A DNA stretch of 62,264 bases, counting the filler, from Porpidia crustulata (lineage: Eukaryota), in NCBI GenBank assembly GCA_964255105.1. It is 7 parts of 7 records of this genome, joined end to end, with 100 filler letters (N's around TTAATTAATTAA, not from the genome) between each part and the next. Parts side by side here need not be neighbours in the genome. Positions count along the whole stretch, not along the records: positions 17,841 to 26,653 come from CAXUWE010001044.1; positions 26,754 to 35,565 come from CAXUWE010001045.1; positions 35,666 to 44,466 come from CAXUWE010001047.1; 4 more parts are not named here. One strand, 5' to 3'. A program made the position numbers and the translations under genes. Numbering within the stretch: position 1 is the stretch's first letter; each line of letters opens with the position of its first letter. Below the pieces are notes generated by a model. That model had not been told where the DNA came from and made no database searches. It was given only the letters and a program-made list of their open reading frames with translations. Shown piece after piece: positions 24,401 through 38,060 of the stretch.

Positions 24401-26230
24401 ATCAAGCTACAGCATGCTCAGATCGGAAAGCAATCGGTACAGCATCCGTCTCACTCGCCTTCACGAGGGGAAGAAAATGATAACCAGTTTCGGCACGCAT
24501 TCATGATCCTCGAACCCAAACGCAAAGACTCGAGTAGCCATGTGCGGCATATTTTGTGTGCTGAGAGCGATGCAGAGCGGGATGTCTGGGTGGAGACGCT
24601 TTTGTACTATGTAGAGAGCTGTCAAAGACCCACGCTATCAAACAGCGATTCAGGATCAAGTAGAGTGCTGAAGAAGCAGCCTCCGGGTAAAAGAGATGCT
24701 GTCAATACTGACAGCCCAGATTCGGAGACCTTTGATGGACTGCAAGGTGTCAGCTACGAGAATACCGTTGCAGCTCAAGCGCCGCTTGTCCAAATATTGC
24801 CGGACCAACGTCCTACAGACTCACCGTCTCCTCCATTTCCTGCTACACAACTCACTGGTCGCACGCAAGGCCTGCAGGCATCTAAAAACATATCTGGGCC
24901 TTCCAACGGTACAAAGATACAAGATGAGAGGGCATGGGGTAACAAGCCAGTACCACAGACGAAGGATAAAGAGCACAAAAAGAGGAGTATTTGGGGGTTC
25001 CGTGAGAGGAATCAAGCCGATCTCGTAACTTATCACTCAAATGAATCCAGCGTCAGTTTGACCCAACAGCAATATCAAGAGCAATTAGCAAATGTCAAAC
25101 CAGCATTCGGTGCTCCGCTTGCCCAAGCCGTCGAGTTCTGCCCACCCCGAGGGATCGATGTTTGTCTCCCTGCAGTTGTATATAGATGTCTTGAATACCT
25201 GGAGGCCAAGGATGCGTCGAGCGAGGAAGGTATCTTTCGCTTGAGTGGATCCAGTGTTGTGATCAAGGGTTTAAAGGATCGTTTCAATACTGAAGGAGAT
25301 TTCGATTTTCTTGCTGACGACCAGTTCCATGACGTCCATGCAGTCGCCTCTTTACTGAAATTGTACCTCCGTGAGCTACCGGTGACTATATTGACCCGAG
25401 AGCTTTATCTACCGTTTTGTGAAGTCAAAGGTTCGTCTCGATTCCTCTAACATTTCCAACCTCGACTAAACCAGGTCAGATATCCAAGAAAAATCAGCCA
25501 AGATTGCAGCCTACAGTGCGCTTGTGCGTAAGCTTCCCAAGGTCAACTGGTTCCTGATCCGCGCACTCTCCGCTTTCCTCATCGGCATCATCAGCAACTC
25601 GGATGTCAATAAGATGAACGTTCGTAACGTTGGCATCGTCTTTGCTCCCACGCTCAATATTCCTGCTGGAGTGTTTTCTACGTTTTTGACAGATTTTGAC
25701 GCCATTTTTGGTGAAGAGCGCGAAGTCGGCTCCACGCCGCCACCCGAACTTTCGGTGACCGAGCCGCTGACACCTGAAGATATTCGCTCTCCTCGACGCC
25801 AGATGTTCTCCGACATTCCCAGTCCATCGTATAGTCAAAACACCTTTCCTTCAAAAGGACCTACCTATGAGCAGGTCCTTCGGGACTCACACCAAGATCA
25901 TGACACTGGCTTCATCCCACTCCATCCCTCCTACGAGCCTCCTTCCAACACTTCACTCCAACCGCCTCACCCCGGTTCCGTCACAATGCCTGGTTCCGAA
26001 TACGGGCAGGCCGAGTATGGAGCCACCAGCCGTGGCCGAACGCCCCAAAGCGCCGCCAAGTCCCGCCGACGGGAAAGTTCAATGTTATTGATGGGCAACG
26101 ACCAGCGAAAAAGCTCGATCCCCAGTCTCCGGAGAGATTCAGGTTCGTACGACTCTGACAGAGCCGATATGGAGGCGGTGGGCGCTGACGTTAGCTAGAT
26201 GCCCCTTACGAGAGTAACACCTATAATTGA
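21461..26230 (+). CDS. Bem3-like Rho GTPase-activating protein (coiled coil, PX-like, PH, RhoGAP); introns 25431-25479 and probably 26143-26198
   Basis: PH motif KEGYLTKRGKNFGGWKARFFVL; RhoGAP motifs LPAVVYRCLEYL, EEGIFRLSGS, VASLLKLYLRELP, NKMNVRNVGIVFAPTL; PX-like LPDRNLFSGHAPAKIDARR. Exact start codon uncertain. Confidence 0.9.
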
Positions 26231-26653
26231 ACCGCCCGCAGTCCCGGCGGTAAAGCCCCGACCCTCTGCGAGGGAACCGGGTCACTAATAGCAACGGACT
26301 CCAGGAGTTGATCCTCCACCACAATCGTAATCGTAATATCTTGCCTTCTTCTGCAAGCGCCTCTTTCGCTGCTATTTGGTTCTTGGCTTTCACTCACTGC
26401 GGATACCTCTGGCATGGCGTTTTTTCCGGCTTTTGCGGGGCAACCTTTATTTAAACGATGATATCCCCCGGGCGCGAACGTCCTTATGCTGCCATTTTTT
26501 TTGTGTTTTCGCCAAAAAAATCTTGGTCTTCCCGACCCGGTGCAATTTCGGCAATGTTCGGTTCATCTGATTTGCCATGATGGGGCTATTTTATTCTTAT
26601 TTATGTCCGCTTTTCGGAGCTTTCCGGGGCTTTGTAGTGGGGGGTGTAAAAGG

Positions 26654-26753
26654 NNNNNNNNNNNNNNNNNNNNNNNNNNNNNNNNNNNNNNNNNNNNTTA
26701 ATTAATTAANNNNNNNNNNNNNNNNNNNNNNNNNNNNNNNNNNNNNNNNNNNN
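26654..26753. other. Artificial contig spacer
   Basis: N44-TTAATTAATTAA-N44. Confidence 0.99.
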
Positions 26754-28083
26754 ACTAGCCCTAGTGATCTGCACGATCATGGTGAGCATCCTGAGGCCTA
26801 CGCGCAGCGCGCGTAGCCTGTGTCCTGGGCAAGTGTCCCTAGCCTGGGGCTAACATAGCAATACTATGACAGTCACCCTGTCTGTTCAACAACTTGTGTA
26901 GAGATATTATAAATCATCGCTGAACAGGAGATTGAGAAATGTATTTGCACTATTCCTCCTTCAACAGGATATAAGCCCCAGAAGCTTAGGCGAACGAATC
27001 TCTGAGAAGACGTATTCGAAATCGGCCTGGTCTTCAAATATTACGTTTATATCCTTGAGAATTTCTATAGGATTTAAATAACTACTACATTTAAAAGCCT
27101 CAATTTCAGTCTGTTATTGACAAAGTAGGAGTATTGAGAATAGTTCAATAAGAGACTAACAGATAAGTTCGACTTCTTCTCTCAACACAAAATTAATGGA
27201 AATAAATCAAAGGGCAAGTATTGTCAAAAGAGGCCCGCCTGTGAGGCTGCACAAGGTCACAATCGGGATGAATTTGGGTCAGGGTTTCAACACGGTCGCC
27301 AAAATAATTGAGATTGTGTGCGAAAACCGAACTCCACGGATAACGTCCAGTCATATCTTCCCAATCTTGGTGGCCTGAAAAATGTCATACCGCAGAACGA
27401 TGTGAACTCGAGCGTGTTTGGTTTCTATACAATAATCTTTAATATCCAATATTGGTCATTGATCTTTTAGAGATTGAACGTATTCAATGGACTAAGAAGA
27501 TCCATTGTATACAGTCAGGTCCGGGAAGCCTGGAGCGCTATATGAGGTGTTTGCTTTCAACGCCACTGCAGTTGCCATCTTGATCCTTCTCTCGCTCCTT
27601 TAGCTTCGTCAAGTTCGGAGTAAGATACACACGGTCGTGCAATGAGAAAGAACGGCCATATTAATTGTGAGCACATCAGCGATTTAAAAGTAGAACCGCA
27701 GGTTCTACCAATGAAGTTAGTGTAAGGACAGCAAGATGCGTGCGGGTCGATGATCATCCATCAGACATACGAACATTTATAGCGCGAAGTACCAACTGAA
27801 AATAGAAAATTATATGATCCGAAGAATCTCACGTATCACAACCAAAAGGTTTGAATCATCTGTCTTTCTACAACGAGGGCCGGGACTGAGGAGTGGAGTT
27901 TTCTCACAGAGATCCTGATCGTGATTGGCAATACAGTCGCATCGTGTGGCTCAATATAGACGCCAGCACTCTATGGATCCAGACCTTCCTGATGAAGAAA
28001 TCTTGAATTCTTCACTATTTGGACGACATATTGTCTTAACCGCCAAAGAGGGCGACGAATTGCTGCGTTGGAGATGGATTGAA

Positions 28084-29770
28084 TCACCGTTTGTGCTGGG
28101 CAAAATCTGCTAGGTATTCGGCTAACTTTTGAACATTCTCGGAGGGGACTGCATTGTAATTTGAAGCTCGTATGCCCCCTACACTGCGATCTGTACGTTA
28201 TCGAAGTTAGTCTTTTGCCGATTATTAAGTCAGTGATTTTAAGGGTAGTCATGGAGACCGGGAGGCAAGAGAGAGGGGATAGAGAGAGAGCCCAAAAAGG
28301 AGATTACATACGTCCTTTCAATCCCAGCAGCAATCGTTCCTCAGCTCCTGCGAGAAAATCCTTCTCGGTCCCTGGATCTTTCACTCGGAAACAAATATTC
28401 ATCCTGCTGCGACAGGATATATCATTCACAAGCTGATAGGTGTCCGGATTAGCATCCAGGATGCGATAGAGAATCTCCGCTTTTGCGTCTGAGAGGGCCT
28501 CTTGTCCGGCAAGGCCAGAGCTGCCATAAGTCGAGAGTAACCCTTGCATGACTTGTCCGGCGATCCAGATTGAGAAAATGGGCATTGTGTTGTAGAGAGA
28601 TCCATTACTGGCGATTACCGGCCAGCTCAGAACAGTAGGCGGTCTATATGATCCCAAAATTAGTGGGTTGTTCTCAAGGTAATGAAAATATGCTTCAACA
28701 TTTGACAAGGGCTAGAAAGCTCCACACAAGGGTCACGAGCTAAATCATTTGGTTTATAGAGATGACTCACGACCAAATGCCGGTAGCATGGGAAATTGAG
28801 AAGTCGGTATTGTAAATAAGAGGTCTTTACGAACAACAACTATCGTCACATCTGTAATCCCTACGTTTTTCTGGGCGCCACCGAAGATGACCTTCGGGCC
28901 ATAAAGTTAGCCTCGTACTCTAAGAAAGCATGCTAGTAGAAGAACAAAAGATCGGGAACCGCAACCCTCCGATATTGAGTAACAACCTTGAGAGGAGATC
29001 TCAATTCATGGAGAAAAACCATTCATAATATGACTTACGCCAAATTTGCTCACATCCACCTTTCGACTAAGGAAGTTAGAGCTCATATCAGCAACTACGA
29101 CCCTTTCGTTCTCGCCATGCTCGGAATCGAGCCGCCCAAGACTTTCCGGAAACCCAGGAAATTCAATTCCTTCGATCGTCTCATTGTCAACGTAGTATAC
29201 GAACGCGCTGCCGCAATTGCGAGGAGGTGTCAAATCCCAAGTATCTTCCGGAGGAATGGACGCAAATTTCCCTCCCAACCGACGACCATCCGTCACAATG
29301 TGAACGAAATCTTTGCCTAGCGGTTCCAAAAGGTGCACGGCCTCCTGTGAAGCCTTGAGTGACCAAGAACCAGTCACTAAATAGTCTAATCGTAAATCCT
29401 CTCGCACATCTTTTCGCACTCGTTCGAGAATGGCGTCTTGATTATCTCCAAGCTCTTTCTGTGCTAGTCTTCTTCGTTTTTCCACCCAGACGGCCACCAG
29501 GTTGAGTACGACAGCAGAGAACTCGCCACTCCCTCCGCCATGCATGAATAGCACTTCGTGTGTGTCTGGGATATCGAGCAAGGCGATCAATGCATCTTTA
29601 GTCTCCTTGAGGATCCTTGTTGCTGCTGTGGTCGATCTGTGGGAAATCTCGGCAAGAGACAGCCCGCTTTGCTCGAAGTTGACGAAAGCTTGGGCGCCTG
29701 CTTCAAGCACTAGTGTAGGGAGAGGAGCGGGACCGGCGCCAAAGTAGCAGACCTCTGCTCTTTGCGGCAT
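28084..29770 (-). CDS. SER1: Phosphoserine aminotransferase; 4 exons; apparent 1-nt frameshift at about 28790-28795
   Basis: FGAGPAPLP, EISHRS, GGGSGEFSAV, VTGSWS, ADMSSNFLSR, PLP-lysine motif GGAQKN, SLYNT, RSRMNICF and GHRSVGGIRASNYNA after splicing. Confidence 0.95.
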
Positions 29771-30679
29771 GTCTTTGTCACGGAGAAGACTGAGGAAAGA
29801 GAAACTTTTTGCTCAGCTTCTGACGTAGAGCGGTATTCACCCTAGGCCGGATTGGGGGGATCTTGGCGCTATGAGAAAATGTAACCCTCACCAAACGAGT
29901 TCAATACTTTAGGTTGCAGTATTTCAATATCAGTCTATTGGTTAATCCGAATATGTAATTCACAAAATGCCGTTCTCGTTCTAAAGAGTGAGGGAAGGGT
30001 GAGTCCGGGGGTAATTGCTTCATCTTGAATTATACTTTTTGCCCTTACTCGTATAGACCATATAATAATAAAAGCCGAGCTAATTAGTACGGCGCTATTA
30101 GGTATTATAGTATTGTAGTATTACCTTAGATTATATTCTTGTTCAGAACCATCCATTCTTATATCGATAGTAGGGATAGAAGAAAAGTAGGATGCTATTT
30201 GGATTCCTGCGGGACCCTGCGGGACCTTTTTGAGATGCGCTCACCTTACCCACCCAGCCACCTCACCTCGGCTGGGTGAGCTGGACGTGACGCGAACTCA
30301 CCACCAAATGGATCAGGAGAACGGCGTACATATTCGGGTCAAATAACAGAAAAAATATAAACAGAAGCTAATGATCTCCAGTTACCAGGTAGACATGTAT
30401 CCAAAGCTCTCTATTCTCAAGATTATTTCAAGCTCTATCGTCTAACCTCTTATTCGATTTCTTGGATTCAATAAGAGAGCTAACAGGGTAGATAGATATC
30501 TATAAAGCCTTTCTCGATTTATACAATATTAATTTTAAACAGATTTTTCCAACAAATTCTTTTACTCCTCCGCTGATCCATGCGTCGAAAGCACTATACT
30601 ACTCCAGCGCTTCTCAAGATTCAGGGCCATACCAACGAATCCTCGAAGTCAAGGGACTTCAAGAAACCATCGAGGTAGT

Positions 30680-31536
30680 TTACTTATATAATAAAACAGC
30701 ACCATCATATCCAGGATAAGCAGTGTTGTTCAGACTCACCGACGTCTCCAGCGTGATGTTGGCTTTCAAAAAACAAACGTTATTCATCGTGTTCAAATCG
30801 GGAACGCGTCCATTGGCCCATACAGCGCCAACGCAGCCCTGGGTCTGGTAGTACGTAGGTCTTGCTTGCCAGGTGAAACTTGCACAGCTATCCATGCAGT
30901 CTTTGAGGGAGGTCACGTTGCTCAGTACTTGTAGGTCCATGACGGGTGCGTCGCCGACCCAATTGGTGTTGCATTGGACTTTGAATTGGAGAGTGGCGTT
31001 AGTGATTTGGTACTGCGCGGAGAGTGCTGGGAGCAGCCTATTCGTTGCTATGTAGGTCGCCCCGTTGCCAGAAGGGCAGGATGCGAAGGTCGCTCTTGGG
31101 GAAGTAGTGGGTGTCGGAGACGTCGAGCTAATGAATGTTGAGGACGTCGAGTTGTCTGTTGCCGCAAGAGGGCTAGACCAATCTTAGTAAAGTCTTTACC
31201 GTCATCAACATGGCGCAATAACCTACGTTTGTGAAATAGACCCCTTTCGTTGAGCAGCAAGTCCTCCGGCCAAGCCCCACCTAACGCTGCCGCTAGGCAC
31301 ACGACAATGATGACAGCCAAGATCCAGAAGGATGGCCGACGACCACACCACCGCCGCTCAGGCTTGCTCGCGTAGCTTGTCTGTCCCCATGGACGCTGCA
31401 GATCGTCCTCTATCAGTGTTTCTTGTGGAGGATCATAATGCGAGTATTTGTCTTGCAGATTGATATTAGATGGAGCAACTTGCTCGAGTCCGGCGGGCAG
31501 AGCGACCTCGAGGCCTGAGACGTGTTGTCCGTTCAT
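30680..31536 (-). CDS. Single-pass membrane protein with S/T linker and C-terminal Cys-rich PAN/apple-like domain; one intron near 31175-31226; frameshift in a G-run near 31275-31278
   Basis: RRWCGRRPSFWILAVIIVVCLAAALGG(GLAGGL) TM segment, then CPSGNGATY...QCNTNW...SLKDCMDSCA...CVGAVW...CFLK. Confidence 0.6.
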
Positions 31537-33850
31537 TCTCGATCTTTTTCAGAGATTGCGATCAGTAATTCCGCAATGCTATGATTTGATAGCGATCGTC
31601 CGAGTGGAACAAGAGAAGAGGTGCGATGCTGCGATATTGCTGATGTGTTATACCTGGAGGTCTCAATGTGGGTCTCGAGGCTGTGCTTTTACGCCTTCAT
31701 CTCCGGAATGCTGTCCGTCTCTCAGCTCCCCGGAATAGTCATTCAAGAACTCGAGGCTCACCCATACCAATATTGGTCTGCTGGCTAGCCTCAAGTGGTT
31801 GATACATCAGAACATAGGTTACAGCAAATATTGATTTATTTATACCGGCGATTTTCAGGGTCTCAAAATATCCTCTGCTGATGTTCAGAGTTCTCTAACA
31901 CGTCCATGAATGCTGCTGAGACAGGTGGAAAATCAAGGATGCCAAAGCGATAATGGCTTTGTAGCACACATACTTAGATATCGACTTCGAGCGCTTCACG
32001 CATTGTATGGACTTCCAAATCTTCCTGGATACTGGATAACATCCTGATAACGTGCGGATTCTAGGGCAATCCTTCCGAGCATGCCTCGTTCCCTGTTTCC
32101 GCCTTTGTGCGACATGAAAGTTTCGGTCGGCAGAGAGCAAGACTTCTAGTTTCTGTAACATTTATCAATAAGCATGTTCTATGAATGACCTGGTTAAGAC
32201 GCATGAACATACCGCGAAGATTAGTCACGATTGCGTGGGTATCAGCACAGGGAAGTTTTTGCTTTACAAATGCACGTATCGTAAAACACTGATGCGACTT
32301 TCCTACGGACGTGGGAAGATCACAATCGTACGACGCTACCTAGTATCATAGCTTCCCAGGAACGTGCATGATTGGACCCAAACCAGTGTCCCTGATGACA
32401 CTTTTCTCCGGACGCTCCAAAGTATTTCGAAGATTTGCCGACATACAATTGGGATGTTTCTGATCCTGTACCATTTTATACTACCAGATCTAGCGACCAT
32501 CTAATTCTTATAAAGATCCCAAGGAAGTCTTTTCGTCAGATGGGCAGCTCCCCTCGCCGCCGCAAACTCTGCAATTCGGCTCTAATCGTCCGCCGGTGTC
32601 TCCATTTGGTTGCTCAATGTTTTCTCCGAATAAACATCCACATGACTGTCACGAGAGGGTGGGAGTGAGAGAGCAATTGACGGCGGGATACAAAGATTTT
32701 GCAAGTAGCGTCCGTCAATTCTAAACAACCGAGAAAGCAATGAAAGAAAATCATTGTCTAAGAAGCCCTCGACTGCCTGCACCGCCACGTTTAGCTTTCG
32801 GGAAAAGGAACTGTATCCTCACGGTCCGTCCCCATATCTCGCCAGCCCGACTCATAGTTTTCAACCCACTTCTGTGAGTGGCAATGACTAAAGATGAATA
32901 GATGAATGAGATAGCGAAGATAGGGAGGTACCGGCTGGATCGTGATGCCAGACAGCCACTGCGAAACGACTTTTAGCTTCAAGCTTCCAAAGCAATTTAG
33001 CTCGCTTGATACTTGATGTCTCCCTAATGTCATGAAACAATCCAGGTCTCAGACTCGCTACTTCAAATCTGACAGGGGAAAGCAGCGGGACCAGCTGTAA
33101 AGGCAAAGATCCACATACGGGTGCAGTGAATGGCATACACAAAGTGGAAAAACCTTTTGGATAACCTATTGGTGTATGTTGAGACGAAACTGAAACTTGA
33201 GCCCAGGTCTCACGTAACTCACATCTGAGAAATTTACCAGATACTTTATGCTATGAGTGATATTATCGGGGCACGAAAAGCCTGCGCACGATGAATCTGT
33301 GAAGATCCCTTGTCCTGGGATACAAACATACGGTTTGGATCATGACACAGGACGGAATATAAATGTTGAGCGAGATAATCAAGGTTCTCTGGAAGGGCGT
33401 TGAGTGTTTAATGAGAGAGAACGATGTATTAATGATGAATAAGAAACTGTTGAAGCATGAGATGAAATTTCACCCTTGCCAGAAACTGTTCCCAATCTAT
33501 CAGAAGCTACGAGAGGGCATCTTGCTTTTTTCTGCAATTTCACGGCTTGTTCCGTAGGTGGAGGTACAACCCTTGGTCATCAGTGTGAAGGACAGGCACA
33601 GCACTAGAGGTGGATTGACACAGCAAGACGAGTCGTGAGCGTTTGGTATGGAAGGGGAAGATGAGAAAGGAGCGCGTAGAGAATCCTCGATAGATGGTGC
33701 AACACCGTTAGACTGGTATCGTATACTAAGTGATAAAATACACCGTGAGAACGCGTCGCAAACCGGCGTCGAACGCGTTTCGTAGAAATTAGTGAAGCTA
33801 CCCGAGGTTCCATCGCAACCCCTCAATCGAGGACGTCAGTCGCATCAACA

Positions 33851-35565
33851 ATGGCAGATGTAGTCTTCACTGATCTTTCTCCCAACTCTGGTCTCCAAGG
33901 CACACTTTTCCAGGGCAAAAAATTTTGGCTTTCGCAAAAGGTGCCGCAACGTTCAAGGTTCATAACAGACATCAAGGTACTGCCGCGACAATTGGACATC
34001 GCAATTATCAGTACTGATTTCTGCGCAGGCCAATGGAGGCGATGTACTGCTGGTGGAAAAGTACGCCGATATCAGAATTGTGGATCATGCAAGGAAAGAG
34101 GCACTGCCGGGAACGTGCGTGACTCCTCTTCTTTGCGTTTAATTTCTATCAATTAAATCTCTGACCGCGTTGTGTGTAGTCACTCGTATACATATATCGA
34201 GAAATCAGTACGGAGTGGTGCCCTAGAAGACCTTGAAGATCATGCCGTTGGGCCTCCAACTGGTACAGTGAGGAGCGGTGGCTCAGTAATTCACCCGGCG
34301 AAGACCAGTCGCACAAAATTCACCGAGGACGATGATCGAATACTCTGGCTGTGGGTTGAGCAAACGCCGCAGAAAGGTGGAGGGACAGATGGGAATGAAA
34401 TTTACAAGCAGCTTGAAGCGAAGGTGAGACCTGCTTTTCATTCATTCGCCTTCAGCTATTGATTACTCATTTACGTGCAGAACCCTAGACACACATGGCA
34501 GTCTTGGAGAGATCGATGGGTCAAGCAACTCAAGGGTAGACCTCGTCCGGCTTTCGTCCCAACTAATGCCCCACCCACGCCGCCTTCAGAGCGTCCACCA
34601 ACAGAAGAGCCAGATCATTTGCAAAAGATCAGTCGGGAGATGGAAACCAGCAAACCTTTTACGGCGGAAGATATGGAGAGACTACTAGCCGTAGGTGAAG
34701 ATATCATGGACATAGACCCAGTAAACATCAATGCAGCGTGGGAGAGCTGGGCCCATGACATGGATGTAAGCGCCGAGCAGCTTACCAGAGTTTATGAAAG
34801 CATTACTAACGGCTGATTTCTAGCCTGGAGGCCATAGTGCGGAAGAGTGGCATGAGTTTTGGACTGATCACGTTCGCCCAATTTATTTGGGGAGGAATAC
34901 AGAACATTCTGAGCAAGACGGAAACTTAGAGGTCGATGCCACGGGAGCTGAAGCTGAATCGGTGCTAAAGCAGCCAATACCTTCACTTGAGAGAACTTCT
35001 GAAGCGAAGCTAGTCGAACAAAGCCTACCTCAACGGACTAGATCGGCTAGCACTCGTGATACCTCACCTTCTGAGACCGCAGTTCCACTATCGCATTCCG
35101 AGTCCCATGAAGCTGAAGTTGATCCTATTCCCCTTCATCTTCCTCAAAATAAGTTTGCGAGCATGCCAGAGCCGACAATTAAGAGTGAGAATCACAAACG
35201 GAAAATGACATTCTTTGACGAAGAAGAATTTCCTCGCAGTTCGCCTCCTGAAATGCCTTTATCAATCAAACGTCAGCGCAACGCAGCGGCGTTTGAGCTA
35301 CCGGCAGAAATTGCATCAACTCCAGATCCAGAACCAGAACCTGAAGTCGATCAAGTCCAATCGATTGTAGAGGAAGAGCGCTCCGGTCTCCTGTATCTCG
35401 ATGACGTCACAACCCCTGAAGTACGATACGGAGAAGATCTTGAGAACATGGACTCCCATCTTGGCCGCCTACCCTCTCAGTCTCTCTCTTCACCACAACG
35501 CCCATCTCCCAAATCCCAAACCCAGGCCGTCTTCCGAAACCCCACCCAATACCTGGACCTCGAAG
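33851..35565 (+). CDS. RAP1: Telomeric protein Rap1 (BRCT + Myb domains); multi-exon; 3' end lost at the spacer
   Basis: BRCT-like LFQGKKFWLSQKVPQR...ANGG...SYTYIEKSV; Myb RTKFTEDDDRIL...GNEIYKQLEAK|NPRHTWQSWRDRWVK. Confidence 0.88.
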
Positions 35566-35665
35566 NNNNNNNNNNNNNNNNNNNNNNNNNNNNNNNNNNN
35601 NNNNNNNNNTTAATTAATTAANNNNNNNNNNNNNNNNNNNNNNNNNNNNNNNNNNNNNNNNNNNN
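35566..35665. other. Artificial contig spacer
   Basis: N44-TTAATTAATTAA-N44. Confidence 0.99.
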
Positions 35666-36819
35666 CCCCCCATCAACCTATCATTTCCCACTACTATCCA
35701 GAGGGCATATCGTGAAAGAAGGTGGCTGTGAACGAGGCGATCCAGGCGATACATACCTTGACTGATGATTATCTGTCATTCGTACATAGAAGAAGCGGCA
35801 ATTTTCGGACAGCTTTCTGCTACTCTACTATCCTTCTAGAACTTTAACAGGATTCCTCTACACGGCGTGACGGCTCAACGTTCATTCTAGACAAGCACGA
35901 TGCTGCGATTGAATACTATTCCAGAGATGTGCCAGTCGAATAGTCCCTCTTCTAAGGATTAGAAGGACAGCTGCGCGATTGGTTCAAGTCTTTTCGTTCG
36001 ACTCGATCGTAGATGAGACTCATGTCAGACCGATTGAGTATTTGAGATTGAACATTCAAGAAAGAGTCAATTTCGTCGGTGTACAATCACACTTGTTCTG
36101 TTTTCCATACTGCACCTTTCTAGATAGAGCATAAAATTTGGTTCCTCTATTTAAAAATGTATTTATATATTCACTTTATCCATCATTATTTTCTAAAAAA
36201 ATTCCAACCTCCTTGAAGTAAATGCCAAGACAGTCTGTAAAACCACACGATATCCACCTCAAGATAGATAAAGAATATGAAGCTTCATCAATCACTGGCA
36301 TATTCCCACTTTCTGTCTGGTCTGTTCATTTTATCTTGTCTTCGCTAGCTTCTTCTCCTAATTCAACATCGTTCTCAAAACATCGCAGTCAAGCCCATGA
36401 CCGCAATTACGACAACATCGCTAGGAACACGAAAACGTGAACTGCAGCGGCAGAAGTTACCGCCAACTCTGTCAAGGATGTGGTCGACTCGCGCAGTCGG
36501 AGACGGACCTTTGGCCACTTAGAGGCTATGCAGAGTAGAATGAAAGCTCAGTAAACGAGTAATATAGATGTAGACCAGTATCTGAACGGAGTTCGAAGTC
36601 AAACCCCCTTGGGTGTTGACACTCCGATAAAGCGAACCATCGCTATGAAAGCCGGCTCGACTCTTATAGAACGAAAAACCCTACACCAGATTTAAGGTTA
36701 CAGAATAATTGTTTCATTCAAGCACAGATCTGGTTCAGCTAATGACGACCTACTTCGTTTCTTCGAGTAATTAAGGCCAAGATTTTGTTCTACAATTTTA
36801 AAAGATGCCGTCTAGAGCT

Positions 36820-37690
36820 TCACCTAAATTTCTGTTTTGCATGTTTTTGCGCATCTCTCGAAACAAATCTTCTTTGGCTCCATCTATTCATCTTATCGCA
36901 AGCCGCATCCCAATCAGTGGTCCATTCTGGATAGAATGGTGCATAGCCCAGGAGGCCTCCAATCCATCTACCGACTACGACTCCGAGACAGTAGCCTAAC
37001 AACGCCCTGAACGGTACCCATCTTGGCAGCGATAGGTAGGTACTCGACGCGTCGAACATCTAATAAGAACAGGTCCAACGCATTAGCTTTGTGGGCCGTG
37101 ACAAATAGGATTAGACGTTGAATTAGAATCTACCAATGTCTCCATACCGAGAGCACCTGTATAATGTCCAGCTTTTGTCCCCGCTGAAAGATGTCTTCCT
37201 GGTATCCATACCAATTCTCAAAAAATCCCAGATCCATTGCTAGCCCTCCATCACCATTGCCACCAGAGATCTGAAACGTTACCTCGTTAAACTCTATGCC
37301 TTGTGTGTTGTACATGACATGATGTGTCCCAGGTCTAATAGCCACTTCTCCATCCTCTGGCGTGCAGTGTCGTGGGTTGTCATTGAAGTCAATTGTCAGC
37401 GCTCCTTTCAAGATTTTGAAGTATTCCCACTGTGAAATGTGAAAGTGAGGGGGAGGCTTCCGGCCCGTCTCGATCAGTTGCTTGTAGATGCCAAGGTCAG
37501 GACGTATGGTGACTTCAAAGAGGAACTCGCGGCCGGCCGGACATGGCAAGACACTGACAGCAAGGGCACCATCGAACCTGCGATTCGGTTAGTCAGCGTC
37601 ATACAGATGGCGTGGCCGTGAAGAGCAAATCGCGTACTTGCTGAGCGGGGTTTGTCCTGCTGTGAAGGTCTGGGGCTTTGCTGGCGCCAT
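36820..37690 (-). CDS. Cupin-domain hypothetical protein, 3 exons
   Basis: ATG at 37690 (MAPAKPQTF); cupin motifs PPPHFHISQWEYFKILKG and IRPGTHH; FFENWYGY; last exon MFDA...GRWIGGLLGYAPFYPEW. Confidence 0.7.
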
Positions 37691-38060
37691 TGAGAGCAAG
37701 CCTTAGCTATGAGCAACGAATCTGGTGCTGATGACAGGCAGTCGCCCCGCAGAAAGGGTTGTACACCGTGTATCTGAGAGCATGGTGTGACCAAAGTGCT
37801 CGTGTAACTCGAATACCTGAGTAACTACTGGAGTGATCAGGATGATCATCGACCAGATCATTATGACCACGTAATGCGTCTTAGCATGTGTTTCCTTGAA
37901 TACTTAATATTGATGATGGGGCTTCCCCATCTTTGGAAGGGGTGCTCAGCTCACGTAACAAATTTAGTATCGAAGCAATTGATAGTGTAGCCTTGCTGAC
38001 TGTTGCCGTTTTGACGACTAAATCATCCTAGTTGCACAGTACGATTACAGCTAAGTCACC

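Noticed and set aside
26860..27480. AT-rich stretch that may be a RIP-degraded relic
   Set aside because: No recognisable domain or terminal repeat.
30207..30290. CCTGCGGGAC tandem and a CACCCAGCC/GGCTGGGTG hairpin, loosely like 8960-8980
   Set aside because: Too short, no TSD, and the similarity is low-complexity.
33851..35565. Functional link between RAP1 and the TTAGGG-bearing repeats in the window
   Set aside because: They lie on different, unlinked contigs.
36820..37690. Cupin gene as a fourth member of the toxin-like locus
   Set aside because: It is divergent from the ankyrin gene, but nothing beyond proximity links it; needs synteny data.
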